DNA of 63,099 nt, filler included, from Basidiobolus ranarum (GCA_040143965.1; 34 parts of 34 records of this genome joined end to end with filler, not necessarily neighbours in it), one strand, 5' to 3'; positions 35,387 through 46,525 are shown, numbered from the whole stretch's first letter. Notes: generated from the letters alone by a model not told the origin. Made by a program: numbers and translations.

Positions 35387-36750
35387 TTTTCTGCAATGTA
35401 CTCCTTCAGAACTTTGAGTTCTGGCTGGGTCAGCCCATATATAGGCCCAAGTAGTGGTTGCTTTCCTTCTTGTAGATCTATAGGGCAATCATATGGGTGG
35501 TGAGCTGGGAGTATATCAGATTTCTTCTTGTCAAAGACATCACCATAGGCTGAATATTTAGGTGGGAGCTTATGAACCATAGGTTTTGTTGGTTTCAGCT
35601 CTTCAGCAACTCTGTCAAAGGATATTGTCTTCATAGGTGTTTTTAGGATTTGGGCTGATGAGTTGGATACATTGCAGGTTGGCAAATATGGACTAGGAGG
35701 TGGAGTTTGCTTAAACATGAGAATTGTCTTCTTCCAGTTGATAACTCGGTTGTGCTGCATAAGCCATGAGATACCAAGGATGATGGGGTGATGTGGTGAG
35801 GAAATGATATTAAAGGCTATTACTGTCATGATTCTGATCTTGGCATACTGATCCACTACATATATAACTCCTCTATTATTAGATTACAACATCATATCTG
35901 CTGTGCCATCTCTTCTTGGCAATCTGGTGTTAGTTTGTCCAGATTACCTTATATGGAAGTCATGATCTTTGGAACTTTCCATGAAACCTAACCAATCATG
36001 TCATCCCACACATAGTGTATTTTTGCCAAGACCTCTCATGGAAGGTCACCTGATCATCCTTACATCATCCTTACATCATTCCTCTTTGTACTGGTCCTTA
36101 TAGCTCCCAACACCCCAACTCTTGAACTTGCCCCAGTATATTCCCTATTAAGTATATTATGTTTCACCTGGCAATATCTATATAAGCCCCATGTATTCCT
36201 TGATCAGACTTCAGTCTGATCAACACCAGTTATCAATAAAGATTCTTGCCAAAATATCTTCCTTGTCCAGTCTTGTCTTGTGGTCTACACCCAGTTACCC
36301 TCCTGCCTTCTAGTATCTTGTTGTTGTTTCCAGTCCTTATCCAGTTCCTTATTTTGACAATTACTTCTTGATGAGCAGTGGACATGAGAGGCATAAAAGT
36401 CGTCTCATGTGGTACAACACCTGATGATAGCAGCCTTCCAGCAATTACTTCTACAAGGACTGGACTAGATATCTGGATTGTTTGGATAGAGTGGGACTTG
36501 ACAAAGACAGAGTCAATAAAACAGGAGGAAGCACCCAAATGAAGAAGTGCAGTTGTCTTTATTGACTTGGATTTTTATTGGAGGAGTGTATTGGGATATT
36601 TGTTTGTTGTTGTCTTTCAAACAACTGGTTGTCACATTTAACTGCCTGATGGCTAGCATCAGTCAAGATCACAGGATTAGCCATTGTGAGCAAAAGATCC
36701 TTAATATTGTCTTGGAGTCTATATTGGAATTAGTTGATTAGGGCAGATTC
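35387..36750 (-). mobile_element. Ty3/Gypsy gag-protease-RT start, interrupted by a solo LTR
   Basis: GASSCFIDSVFV..H.I, IILGISWL..HN..INW, P.KY..Y.DVFDKKKSD.LP.H.PYDCPIDL..G..P..GPIY.L...EL..LKEYI.E. Confidence 0.9.
35824..36359 (+). mobile_element. Solo LTR (536 bp, family C) with 5-bp TSD ATTAC
   Basis: TGTCA...TGACA termini; ATTAC at 35819-35823 and 36360-36364. Removing it rejoins the protease frame HQEVI|AFNII. Confidence 0.95.
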
Positions 36751-36757
36751 TCCCCAA

Positions 36758-37143
36758 CCTCGAACAAAAGTATAATCAATATGATCCGGATTGGATCCAC
36801 TCTCCAAAATAGCAAAACCAAGAGGAAACCATCCCAATATTGCTGGCTTGTATTCTGCCAGGAATTTTGATGGTGTGATGGTGGTTTCTTGATAATATTT
36901 TGACAGTATTCCTACATATTAAAATATTGATCCTCTAATTAGGCATCCATTATTCAATATCTGGCAATTTTTGCAAAAATCCAATTTAGAATGGCAAATT
37001 ACTGGGTTTGCTCCTGTAGGAATTTGAAATAGTATGAATGCCTTTATTAAGATGTTTTAGGCTGAGTATTTATGCCATAATGAGAATCAAAAAATACAAA
37101 AATCTTGTTGTATTTGGTCTCTACATATGCACACACTCGACTG
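36758..37143 (-). mobile_element. CACTA right end (degenerate TIR)
   Basis: ..GAACAAAAGTATAATCAATATGATCCGGATTGGATCCAC.. followed by the right-end subterminal sequence. Confidence 0.78.
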
Positions 37144-37243
37144 NNNNNNNNNNNNNNNNNNNNNNNNNNNNNNNNNNNNNNNNNNNNTTAATTAATTAAN
37201 NNNNNNNNNNNNNNNNNNNNNNNNNNNNNNNNNNNNNNNNNNN

Positions 37244-38610
37244 TCCTGCTCCTTGAGTACTTCTTTAGCTGCTTTTCTTACTTTTCCAAGTCAATAATTG
37301 TGTACATTTTTGAGATGTTTCATGAATAGGACTATACTAGCCCAATTGCCATTTGCTTGCAAAAACCCAGGATAAGCCACATGAAATAAGTCAAGAACCT
37401 TTGGAGTAATGCCTGGCTTTTGGCTTTTCTACAATTGGCTCAAATCCGGGCGATTTTGGGCAAGATTCTGCACAGTTTCCAAAATGTTACATCACTCATC
37501 ATCAAAGCAAGTGATGGCAGCTCTGACATTCAGAGTCTTTTGGTTTGCTGGTTTTCCTATGAGATTTCTATTTTCATGTGCCCAAGCAATTTGGGATCAT
37601 TGTGTAGGCTTAATGGTCCAACACATATTTTTCTCTGCTAGATTGTCATGGTGATGTTCATATGTATGGTGTGGGATTGATCAAAATCCCATATGAGAAA
37701 GGAAGGAGGGAGCAGCATGTTGCTATAGCTCAAGTACAGCATTTTGAAGGTCTTGTATCATTGGTTAGTGACTCCCTAACTATTGACTAGTTGCTTCCAA
37801 ATGCTGCATGAATTGCAATATTGCGGTGTTATTGCTTGTCATGGCCTGTATAACAACTACGTAGTTTTTACTTATGATGGCATACAAATCATTATGGTGT
37901 TCTGCCTGCAATTCCCCTGTTGTAATAGTTATATCCAAATTTTCTATGGAGGGTTGTTCACCAGTGGGCAAAGTAGCCATTTTGGAAGTTGATGGTCTAG
38001 ATAGTGTTTTGGTTGAACTTTGCTCAACTATTGATTTACTACATCATCTGGGGATTACAATATCTTCACTTGCACTATGGCTGGAAAGAAACTTATCTGG
38101 TAAATTGATTAATGCTTCATCATTACTTGAGTTAGTTTCTGGCATGTTAATGGCTTCCAAAGTGGATAGTGGATTGCTAGACTGCTCATCAATGAAGTTC
38201 TCTGTTCTTGCTGGTTTTTTTCCTTTTGTGCCAGCAGGCTTTGGCTTGGAAGCCAATTTTGATTTAGATTTTGAAAGCTTTTTCAATGGCATTGAAATCT
38301 TCAGATGGTAAACTTAGTGTAGTGAAATTACTTAGATGCAGCTTATAATAAACCAAAATTGCCATCCATTACCAGAAATATCTTGTAAATCCCCTGATGA
38401 CTCCTCTGTGACACTGTCTCAGAATCAGCTGATGATATTGATGGGCTATACCTAAAATACCACCCTTACGTGGGTGGTGTTCTCTTTTCTACACTATCCT
38501 TCTCATGCCACAACACAAATGTTTAAAGAGGCCCTGCTATCATTGTCACAAATTCTTGAGCTATGAAAGCCTGAGGCTTCATTCAAAAAATAATCACAAG
38601 CATGGTCACA
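37244..38610 (+). mobile_element. CACTA: ORF2 5' ~350 codons (minus, ATG 38292), 212-bp divergent spacer and transposase start (plus, ATG 38505)
   Basis: One stop-interrupted minus frame MPLKKLSK...LNVRAAITCFDDE...YPGFLQANGNWASIVLF; plus strand MPQHKCLKRPCYHCHKFLSYESLRLHSKNNH. Confidence 0.82.
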
Positions 38611-38611
38611 G

Positions 38612-39000
38612 TAGTATATATGAGTATGTAGGTGTTTAGGCAATGCTAACTTTAACAGTTGCTGCTGATTCAGCCCAGAACTGTTTGGGTAAATCTTGAT
38701 CATGATGCATTGATCTTACCTTTTCCATTATTGATCTGTTTGCACATTCTGCTACTCCATTCTGCTGTGGAGAACATGCCACTGTAGTCTGTTGTTTCAT
38801 CCCATGTGTTGAGCAGAAGTTAGAGAAGAGTTTTGAGGTATATTCCCCTCCATTATCAATCCGGTCAATCTTAATCTTTAGACCAGTTTCAGTCTCCACC
38901 ATTGCTTTGAACTTATTGAAGGTATCAGAGGCTTCATCCTTACTGGCCAGAAAGTACACCCAGGTATACTTTGTCTTATCATCAATAAAGGTCATAAAAT
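38612..39000 (-). mobile_element. Copia integrase core (38658-39000) interrupted by the start of LTR-B (38612-38657)
   Basis: TFIDD.T.YTWVYFL..K, RIDNGGEYTS, SPQQNGVAE.ANR.I.E..R. Confidence 0.9.
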
Positions 39001-39237
39001 NNNNNNNNNNNNNNNNNNNNNNNNNNNNNNNNNNNNNNNNNNNNTTAATTAATTAANNNNNNNNNNNNNNNNNNNNNNNNNNNNNNNNNNNNNNNNNNNN
39101 AGTGTTACATTTATTGAGATTTGGATTTGACTGCTCGCCTTCCCGTATACCTGTTCTAACTCACTTTCTAGGAGGATTAAATTTACCTTTCCTTATTTTG
39201 TCATATATATAATTCACTTTTAATTAGCCTTATCTCT

Positions 39238-39753
39238 ATGGAGCTAACGAACCCGCACAGCCCTGCTGATCTGAACAATAGACACAGCTTTCTTGACACA
39301 GTCCTAGGAACCTCCACTCCTGATAATGTTGAAACTGACAGCTCACTAGAATCCAGTTACGATGGTAGTCAGACCTCCGAACAACCATTTATACCCACTA
39401 CAAGTCAACAGCATACATTTACCGTATACAATTCAACTCAAGATTCAACTCGATTAGCATCGGTTAAAGACAAGATCTACTCTTGTACGTTTTCTGGGTG
39501 CGATAAAAGTTTCGCTCGAAAATACAACTTAAATGTCCACAGTCGAACTCACTACCCAGAACTAGCCCGACCCTTTCAATGTCTCGAGTGTAGCAAAGCC
39601 TTCGGTAGAAAACATGACCTACGGCGGCATCTTGCTACTGTTCATCAAACTGCTACACTATATCGTTGTTCAGAATGCTCGAAGCCGTTTGCTCGACGAG
39701 ATAGTTTGGTAAAGCACGAAGAAAAAGGTTGCTCTTCTTCTCCAACAAGATAG
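39238..39753 (+). CDS. C2H2 zinc-finger transcription factor (3 fingers; Crz1/Ace2-Swi5-like recognition helices), 171 aa
   Basis: CTFSGCDKSFARKYNLNVHSRTH, CLECSKAFGRKHDLRRHLATVH, CSECSKPFARRDSLVKHEEKGC. Intact ORF with TATA-like sequence ~35 bp upstream. Confidence 0.9.
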   Translation: MELTNPHSPADLNNRHSFLDTVLGTSTPDNVETDSSLESSYDGSQTSEQPFIPTTSQQHTFTVYNSTQDSTRLASVKDKIYSCTFSGCDKSFARKYNLNVHSRTHYPELARPFQCLECSKAFGRKHDLRRHLATVHQTATLYRCSECSKPFARRDSLVKHEEKGCSSSPTR

Positions 39754-41851
39754 ACGGATATTTAGTTTGCTTATAGATTAGAGGTATACTTTATTTCCAT
39801 AACTGGTTGAATGTGGAATTTTGTAGAAATCATTATATATCTTCTACCGTTGATTCTCTAATCCTCCGTTATTCCGCCTGTTGTATACTCCAATATAAAA
39901 TTTTGCAATGATACATGTAAATTTGCTGATGGTGACAAAATGGAATACAATACATCATACACTCTTTTGATCATTTATGAACCTCCACCTCACTATATTG
40001 TAATATATATAGTACCTGGCTAGCAACAGTGGCTTTTAGCAGTAGCATCCTTCCAAAAAAGGAGAGGAACAGCTTCTTAGGAATTCACGATAAACCTCTT
40101 TCCGCTGGATATTACAAATACTACAGAGCGTTGATGAAATGAAACCATCGGAGAAATTCATGGAAATCCGCCTATGATATGGATCATTTTCATTATGTAA
40201 TCGAAACCACTAGATTCATTTTTCCGATTCCTCTGATATTTTTCCTTGATCGATTAACAGAATTGAAATTAATTGACCCTAAACTACTATCCATCGGTTT
40301 CCCTTTTTCACCTACTGGCAGTTCGGTTAAACATTGCATGGAACGAGACACTAGTCAAATCGGTTAATCAGAAACAAATTAAACTACCATTAAAGCCAAA
40401 TGGACTATATGCTCCTAATTAAGTTACTAGAAAATCCATACTCGTGGAAAGATGGCGCTCGATAAATCTTGTATTACCAGCAGCCAAATATTATATCATT
40501 TGCATACCATTCAGGCAAAGGAGCACAAGGTTTGCTCCCATTTTGGCTAACCTTCTCTGCTAAGCTGATGTTTCGTGTTGAGAGAATCTCTTTGTTATCA
40601 ACTCAGTATGATATTCAGTATCTAGATGCACACCTAATTTAGAAATGCTCTCACTCGTTGATGAATATGGAATTAATTTAGAGCCACAACTATCCGTCAT
40701 TTAGATGTCCAATCAAATACTCAGTCTCGGTAAAATCTCTCAGTATAAAAGCGGTATCGGACTCGTTTGTGCGCCATTGAAGATCGTAGTATGGCTTATC
40801 TCGTGTAGTTAATTGCCGTGATTAATAATGTTACTTTTATCTCTATTCATGTCAGACNNNNNNNNNNNNNNNNNNNNNNNNNNNNNNNNNNNNNNNNNNN
40901 NTTAATTAATTAANNNNNNNNNNNNNNNNNNNNNNNNNNNNNNNNNNNNNNNNNNNNCAATAAACAATTTATACTGCAACTTACCCAATCAAATGTATAA
41001 CCAAGACATTGATATGTTTTTAGGCCAATCAGTTGTCCCTCACTAACACAATATCCTGATTCACAATTGGGCACAGCAGCTCCTGCATTGCACAACGCCA
41101 GTAGTTTTGGCACACTGGTGACAAATCACCACAATTGATGATGGAACACTCTGCAGTATGATAGTAGTGATCAGGATTGCTTTGATTCATCATTTTTAGA
41201 TCAGCAAATTATTCATTCAATCATGTAAGCTTGTCATTGGGTGAAAATGTGAACAGATTGAGCCATATCAAGCCAATATGGCTGCGCAAGCTTTTTATTG
41301 ACAGACATTTTTCATTTGATTGTAGTGAAATCACTGGTATAAATTGGCTATCATTGATTTTTTTGATACATGACAATTCATGCTATCAGTGTTTCATAAA
41401 CACATGAGCAATTGTGATCTAACTAAAGCTATTTATGCTATATTTAACTGCAATCCATATCAATTTTGCATGATGTGCTAAACAGTAAAGATAGGATAAT
41501 GTAAGTATTAACAAGGGTATTCAGCAGTTGCCTAGGTTTGAAGCAGTACATGCTGATTTGGTTCTGTCACTTTTGTTGTCTCCTTGATATTTCCATGAAA
41601 GGAACTTTGCTTCAACCTCTGCACTGAGTTGGTTGGTTTGACCATGCTGAAGTTCCTCTACCTTGGCCAGCATAAGTTGTAGCTTGAAGTCAGTGAGCTA
41701 TGGTAAGCATTGGCTTGCCCAATCTAGTTTGGGGTTTGTTTGTCTCTATAGTCTCTTCTTTGGATGTGGAGCCTCAACTTAATGGGTAAACCAGCCATTG
41801 CTACTGGCACACAGCTCTATGCATCAACCCAGAATTTCTCACTAGAGATTT

Positions 41852-42570
41852 GTGCTCAACAGTTATTGCTTCTTCAACCACAGTAGAAGCTTTGTCTCTT
41901 TTGACTGGCAACCATGACCTCTGTTGCATGGCGGAATGTGTTGTAGTGAGTTGTCTACCTTGAGGTTAGTGCTCAACAGTTATTGTTTCTTCAACCATGG
42001 TAGAAGCTTTGTCTCTTTTGACTGGCCACTGTGACCTCTGTTGCATGGCAGAACATGTTGGAGCAAGTTGTCTACCTTGAGGTTTGTGCTCAACAGTTAT
42101 TGCTTCTTCAACCATGGTGGAATCTTCATCACTTTTGACTGGCCATGATCACAGTTGCATGGCAGTATGCATTGGAGCAAGTCATCTACCTTGCAGTTTG
42201 TGTTCAGCAGTTCTTGCCTCTTCAACCATGGTAGAAGCTTCATCTCTTTTGACTGGCTGTGGCCACGGTTGCATGGCAGTACATGTTGGAGCAAGTTGTC
42301 TACCTTGTGGTATGTCTTTGGTGGTTATTGCTTCTTCAACCACAGTGGAAGCTTGATCTCTTTCAACTGGCCATTGCCATGGTTGCATTCCAGTACATGC
42401 TGTAGCAAGTTGTATACCTTGAGGTTTGCATCTGGCAGTTCTTGTCTCTTCAACCACAGTAGAAGCTTCATCTCTTTTGACTGGCCACCGTGATCTCTGT
42501 TGCATGGCAGAATGCATCGGAGCATATTGTCTACATTGAGGTTTGTGTTGTGGCTTCTTCAAGCTCAGTA
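41852..42570 (-). repeat. Degenerate coding tandem repeat, ~6 units of 114-117 bp (38-39 aa)
   Basis: Unit starts at about 41852, 41969, 42086, 42200, 42314 and 42428. Minus frame repeats PVKRDEASTVVEEA.T..HKPQGRQLAPTCTAMQPW. Confidence 0.88.
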
Positions 42571-42814
42571 AGAGCTTCACAATCTCTCTCAAACACCTGT
42601 TGTCTTGGTCTTGTGGGGGTACACATTGTTGCAAATCACTGTCTTAGTAGATTGCTCTCAGGTGTCAGATTTTCATCCAACCAAGTGGAAGGTTCAATAA
42701 TTCTTGCGGTTGGCNNNNNNNNNNNNNNNNNNNNNNNNNNNNNNNNNNNNNNNNNNNNTTAATTAATTAANNNNNNNNNNNNNNNNNNNNNNNNNNNNNN
42801 NNNNNNNNNNNNNN

Positions 42815-44570
42815 GACAGGGAAGATACTTTGGCAAGAATCTTTATTGATAACTAGTGTTAATCCAACTGAGGTCTGATCAAGGAAAACATGGGTCTTAT
42901 ACGGATATTGCAAGGTGGAATATAATACACTGAATAGGGAATATACTGTGGCAAGTTCAAGAGTTGGGGTGTTGGGGACTACAAGGACCAATACAAATAG
43001 GGATGATGTAAGGATGAACAGGTGAGCTTCCTTGGAAGGTCTTGGTGGAAATACACTATGTGTGGGATGACATGATTGGTTAGGTTTCACGGAATGTTCT
43101 AAAGATCATGACTTCCATGTAAGGTAATCTGGATGAACTAACACAAGATTGCCTAGAAGGGATGGCACAGCAGATGTGATGTCATAATCTAATAATAGAG
43201 AAGTTCTATTTGCAGTGGATTAATATGCCAAGATCAGAAGCAAGAGAGTATCCCTTCTTCAGTGATGGCTTGTTGACATCATAGGGCCAGGTGTTTCTGG
43301 TTAGGCTTCATGAAACTCCTGGCAAAGTTCCTTGGAATTGGAAAGATTTGTTGCTTGCTCCCATGATTGATCATTTGTTGCATATCCCTTCCAGTCCACT
43401 AAATATTGCAACTTATGTTGATAAATTCTGGAATGTAGAATTTTGCTAACTTCATATTCAGGGCTTTTTTCCACTTGGATTGCTAGGGGTGGGTCAATGT
43501 GGCTCTAAGAGAGACACATGGAATACATTGTAGACTTTGAAATGGGTTAGGAGTTCAAGGCAGAAGGCGACTGTATTGATTTGCTTAATAATCTTAAAAG
43601 GCCCTAGTCTTTTATGATCAAGTTTATCACAAGGTCTAGTGGTTTTGATATTTCTTCAGAGTAGCCAAACATGATCTCCTGGCTTGAGATTTGGGCTTGG
43701 CTTTCTTTTCTTATCAGCAAAGTTCTTGTATTGGGATTGAGCATGCTCCAACTCAGACATGAGTGGTTTATGGATGTCCTTAAGAAAAGTGGCATGGCCT
43801 GAGGCAGCAGGGCAAGGTAGATTAGCAGGTGGGTGAATTGTGAAATGAGGATGGAATCCATAATTTGAAAAGAAAGGAGTTTGCTTTGTTGAGGTACTAT
43901 ATGAGTTGTTGTAAGCAAATTCAGCAAGAGGCAAGAGTTATGTCTAATTATCTTGATTATAGCTAAAAGTGCAATGCAAATACTGTTCCAAAACATAATT
44001 GAATCTTTCTGTTTGGCCATCAGATTGGGGATGGAAGGCAGTAGAGAGATTGGCACAGATACCCAAGGTATGGAGGAGACTTTTGCATAATTTCAAAGAA
44101 AATTGAGGTCCTTGGTCAGAGATGATAATTTGAGGGAGTCCATGCAGGCGGAGGATGTCTTCAGTTACAGTATCTGCTGTTTGTTTTGCATCAATTGACT
44201 TGTTGCAGAGCACAAAGTTGGCCATCTTTTTTAGATGGTCAACAATTACCAGTATTGAAACATATTTGGCAGACAAGGGTAGCGCAGTTATAAATCCAGG
44301 GATATGGATTTCCACTGCTGATCAGGAATTGGAAGTGGCTGTAGGAGGCCATAGGGCTGATGTCTTGGAGTCTTCACTCAAGCACAAGTATCACAGATGG
44401 AAACATAAGTCTTGACAAATGCAAACATTTTCGGCCACCAATAATCCCCGGATGTTAACATATATGTTTTGGCAACACCAAAGTGTCTTGCTAGTTGTGA
44501 GTCATATCTTACCTGCATGATTTTGAGTCTGGAGGTGTGGTCTGGAATGTAAAGGCACTTCTTATAGAAC
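42815..44570 (-). mobile_element. Chromodomain Ty3/Gypsy (chromovirus): integrase, chromodomain, PPT and 3' LTR-C (42815-~43247)
   Basis: LVIVD..KMA.F, LHGLP..IISDQGPQF, STAFHPQSDGQTER.N..LEQYL, LAEFAYNNS, VFHVSLL, YEVSKIL......LQYLVDWKGY....SWE; PPT GAAGAAGGGATAC. Confidence 0.93.
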
Positions 44571-44670
44571 NNNNNNNNNNNNNNNNNNNNNNNNNNNNNN
44601 NNNNNNNNNNNNNNTTAATTAATTAANNNNNNNNNNNNNNNNNNNNNNNNNNNNNNNNNNNNNNNNNNNN

Positions 44671-44776
44671 GACAAAACTATAAATGTCAACTTTCTACTC
44701 AATAAATCAATAAGTGAAAACCACCAATTCCTCTAATTCTCCAAACCACTTCCAACAGGCTCCCAAATACTTTAAC
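44671..44776 (+). mobile_element. Copia LTR-B 3' end
   Basis: Ends CCCAAATACTTTAACA, identical to the LTR-B terminus. Confidence 0.85.
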
Positions 44777-44800
44777 AATTCTAATGGTTGTTTAAAAACT

Positions 44801-44872
44801 CACCTACTGCCGGGATTGAGCTGGCGACCTTCAGTTTACAAGACTGACGCACTGCCACTGCGCTAAGCAGGC
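44801..44872 (-). tRNA. tRNA-Thr(TGT), atypical T-arm (possible pseudogene)
   Basis: GCCTGCT/AGTAGGT acceptor, TCAGT-CT TGT AA-ACTGA anticodon arm. T-loop CTCAATC (T54 to C) and an A:C mismatch in the T-stem. Confidence 0.75.
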
Positions 44873-45380
44873 TCTGGTAGCCTACCTAATTAGCCACAAT
44901 TTGTCGCAAGTTAGACCACTTTCTTTAAAAAAAGATCATTACTACTACCTACTCTTGAGGCTCATGTATAACAAATTTTGGATATCATTTGTCTCTTGCT
45001 GAACACAATTGAAACAAAATATTCAATACAAACCAATACAGGATACAACCTTACTTTCAATGTCTGATGTGCCAAAGAGGAAAGGTAAAGTGGGCTGTTC
45101 AAGTACTTTCCATCTATAATGAGCACATGAATGAGATTGATCAACGATTTTGTTATACAATTATTGAAACAATAATTCTAGTTTTACTGTATTCACATTA
45201 TTCTAATGATGGCCATGCAAATAGTGACTTGGTTCATTTAATTCAAGTATTTACCAATTAGTTTGAGAGTTGCTAACTGTAAATTACTTTAAATTACGTG
45301 ATATTGAAATTGATGTTTACTTCTGGTAAATTACCGGGTGGATCCAGGATTGGAGCGGTTTAGAGGTTCAATAATGTCAT

Positions 45381-46084
45381 TTAAAGATATTTACATCCCT
45401 TTTGAATAACAGGTTTTAACTTCCTCAGATCCCAGCCTTTTTCTTGGGCGATTTTTCTAACTTTGTGGATTACTTTTGGAGAAGCTATTGGCTTTCTATA
45501 GAATATCCAAAGCCCAGCATTGTTATATGTATCTTCATTATCACAAAATCCATTGTCTGCTCTTTTCTTTGGCACTCCACCGGAAATTAATGCCCATTCA
45601 TAATGATCTTCCCGTGGACCAGCTGCCAGAACCCAATAGTCACTGTAAGCTTCAATAGGAGCTCCCTTAGGCCCGACCTTTAACTTTGATTTTACTTGAG
45701 AATCAGGGATGAAAGCGCGTAACTGAGCAGTGGAACTTGGGCTGGCGTTAGTCCCATTTGTGTTAGAATAATTGTTGACTTCCACTGAGAAAAGGTGGGC
45801 ATTTTAGTAGTTGAATGGATAATGAGAAACTCCACATTATATATAATACCTTCACTATCGTTGATAACTTTGTAAACAGCTTGTACACAGTATAGATCAC
45901 TTAGCGGCTGATAGCTTAAGGTTTTTTGCTGCTGAACGTACCATGGAGCTGAAGTATATTCGGTTAAATTGAAGGTTGTCAATGAATTGAATCCCTCGGG
46001 TGGACAGGCGGTAGGAGGTGCACAAGCTAGCGCAGAATAGGCAGCTAAAGTCTGAATAAGAAGATATTGAATGGTACTTTTCAT
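45381..46084 (-). CDS. Secreted lipocalin-like protein, 212 aa (exons 46084-45850 and 45784-45381)
   Basis: Signal peptide; FNLTEYTSAPWYVQQQ (SCR1-like), LYCVQAVY, DYWVLA..YEWALISGG (SCR2-like), GLWIFYRKP (SCR3-like), C-terminal VIQKGCKY. A 65-nt GT-AG intron joins the two ORF-track fragments in frame. Confidence 0.82.
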
Positions 46085-46525
46085 GGTAGTTGATATGTCT
46101 AGCTCCTGATTAACGATGGTATTTATATCTTTGCTTTTACTAGATAGAATATATGGAAAAACGGTGAAACTTTAAATCGAAGAAACTATTTCTCGATCTA
46201 GGGTAGGTGGCTTCTTGCTTCATGGTAAGACGGGACACGTTATTGCGATGCTATCAGTATAGAGTCGCGATTAACCTTAATTGTAGAAGAGTTGTATGAC
46301 ATCAGCAAGCAGTAAAGAACTTCAATGATCGGGATTGGTTCTGAATCGAGAAAATGATTTGAGTACTTTTTCATTTAAACCGTTGATTTTTGTCAACTTT
46401 GATGACTTGTGACTTGGGCTCTCGANNNNNNNNNNNNNNNNNNNNNNNNNNNNNNNNNNNNNNNNNNNNTTAATTAATTAANNNNNNNNNNNNNNNNNNN
46501 NNNNNNNNNNNNNNNNNNNNNNNNN

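Noticed and set aside
37874-38311. Hydrophobic plus-strand ORF (also 11739-12194, 31193-31516, 18833-19024)
   Set aside because: Antisense shadow of CACTA ORF2. The opposite strand has the conserved ATG and the long continuous frame.
41852-42570. Tandem array as a CRISPR array
   Set aside because: Whole units are homologous with no unique spacers, unit lengths are multiples of 3, the context is eukaryotic and there are no cas genes.
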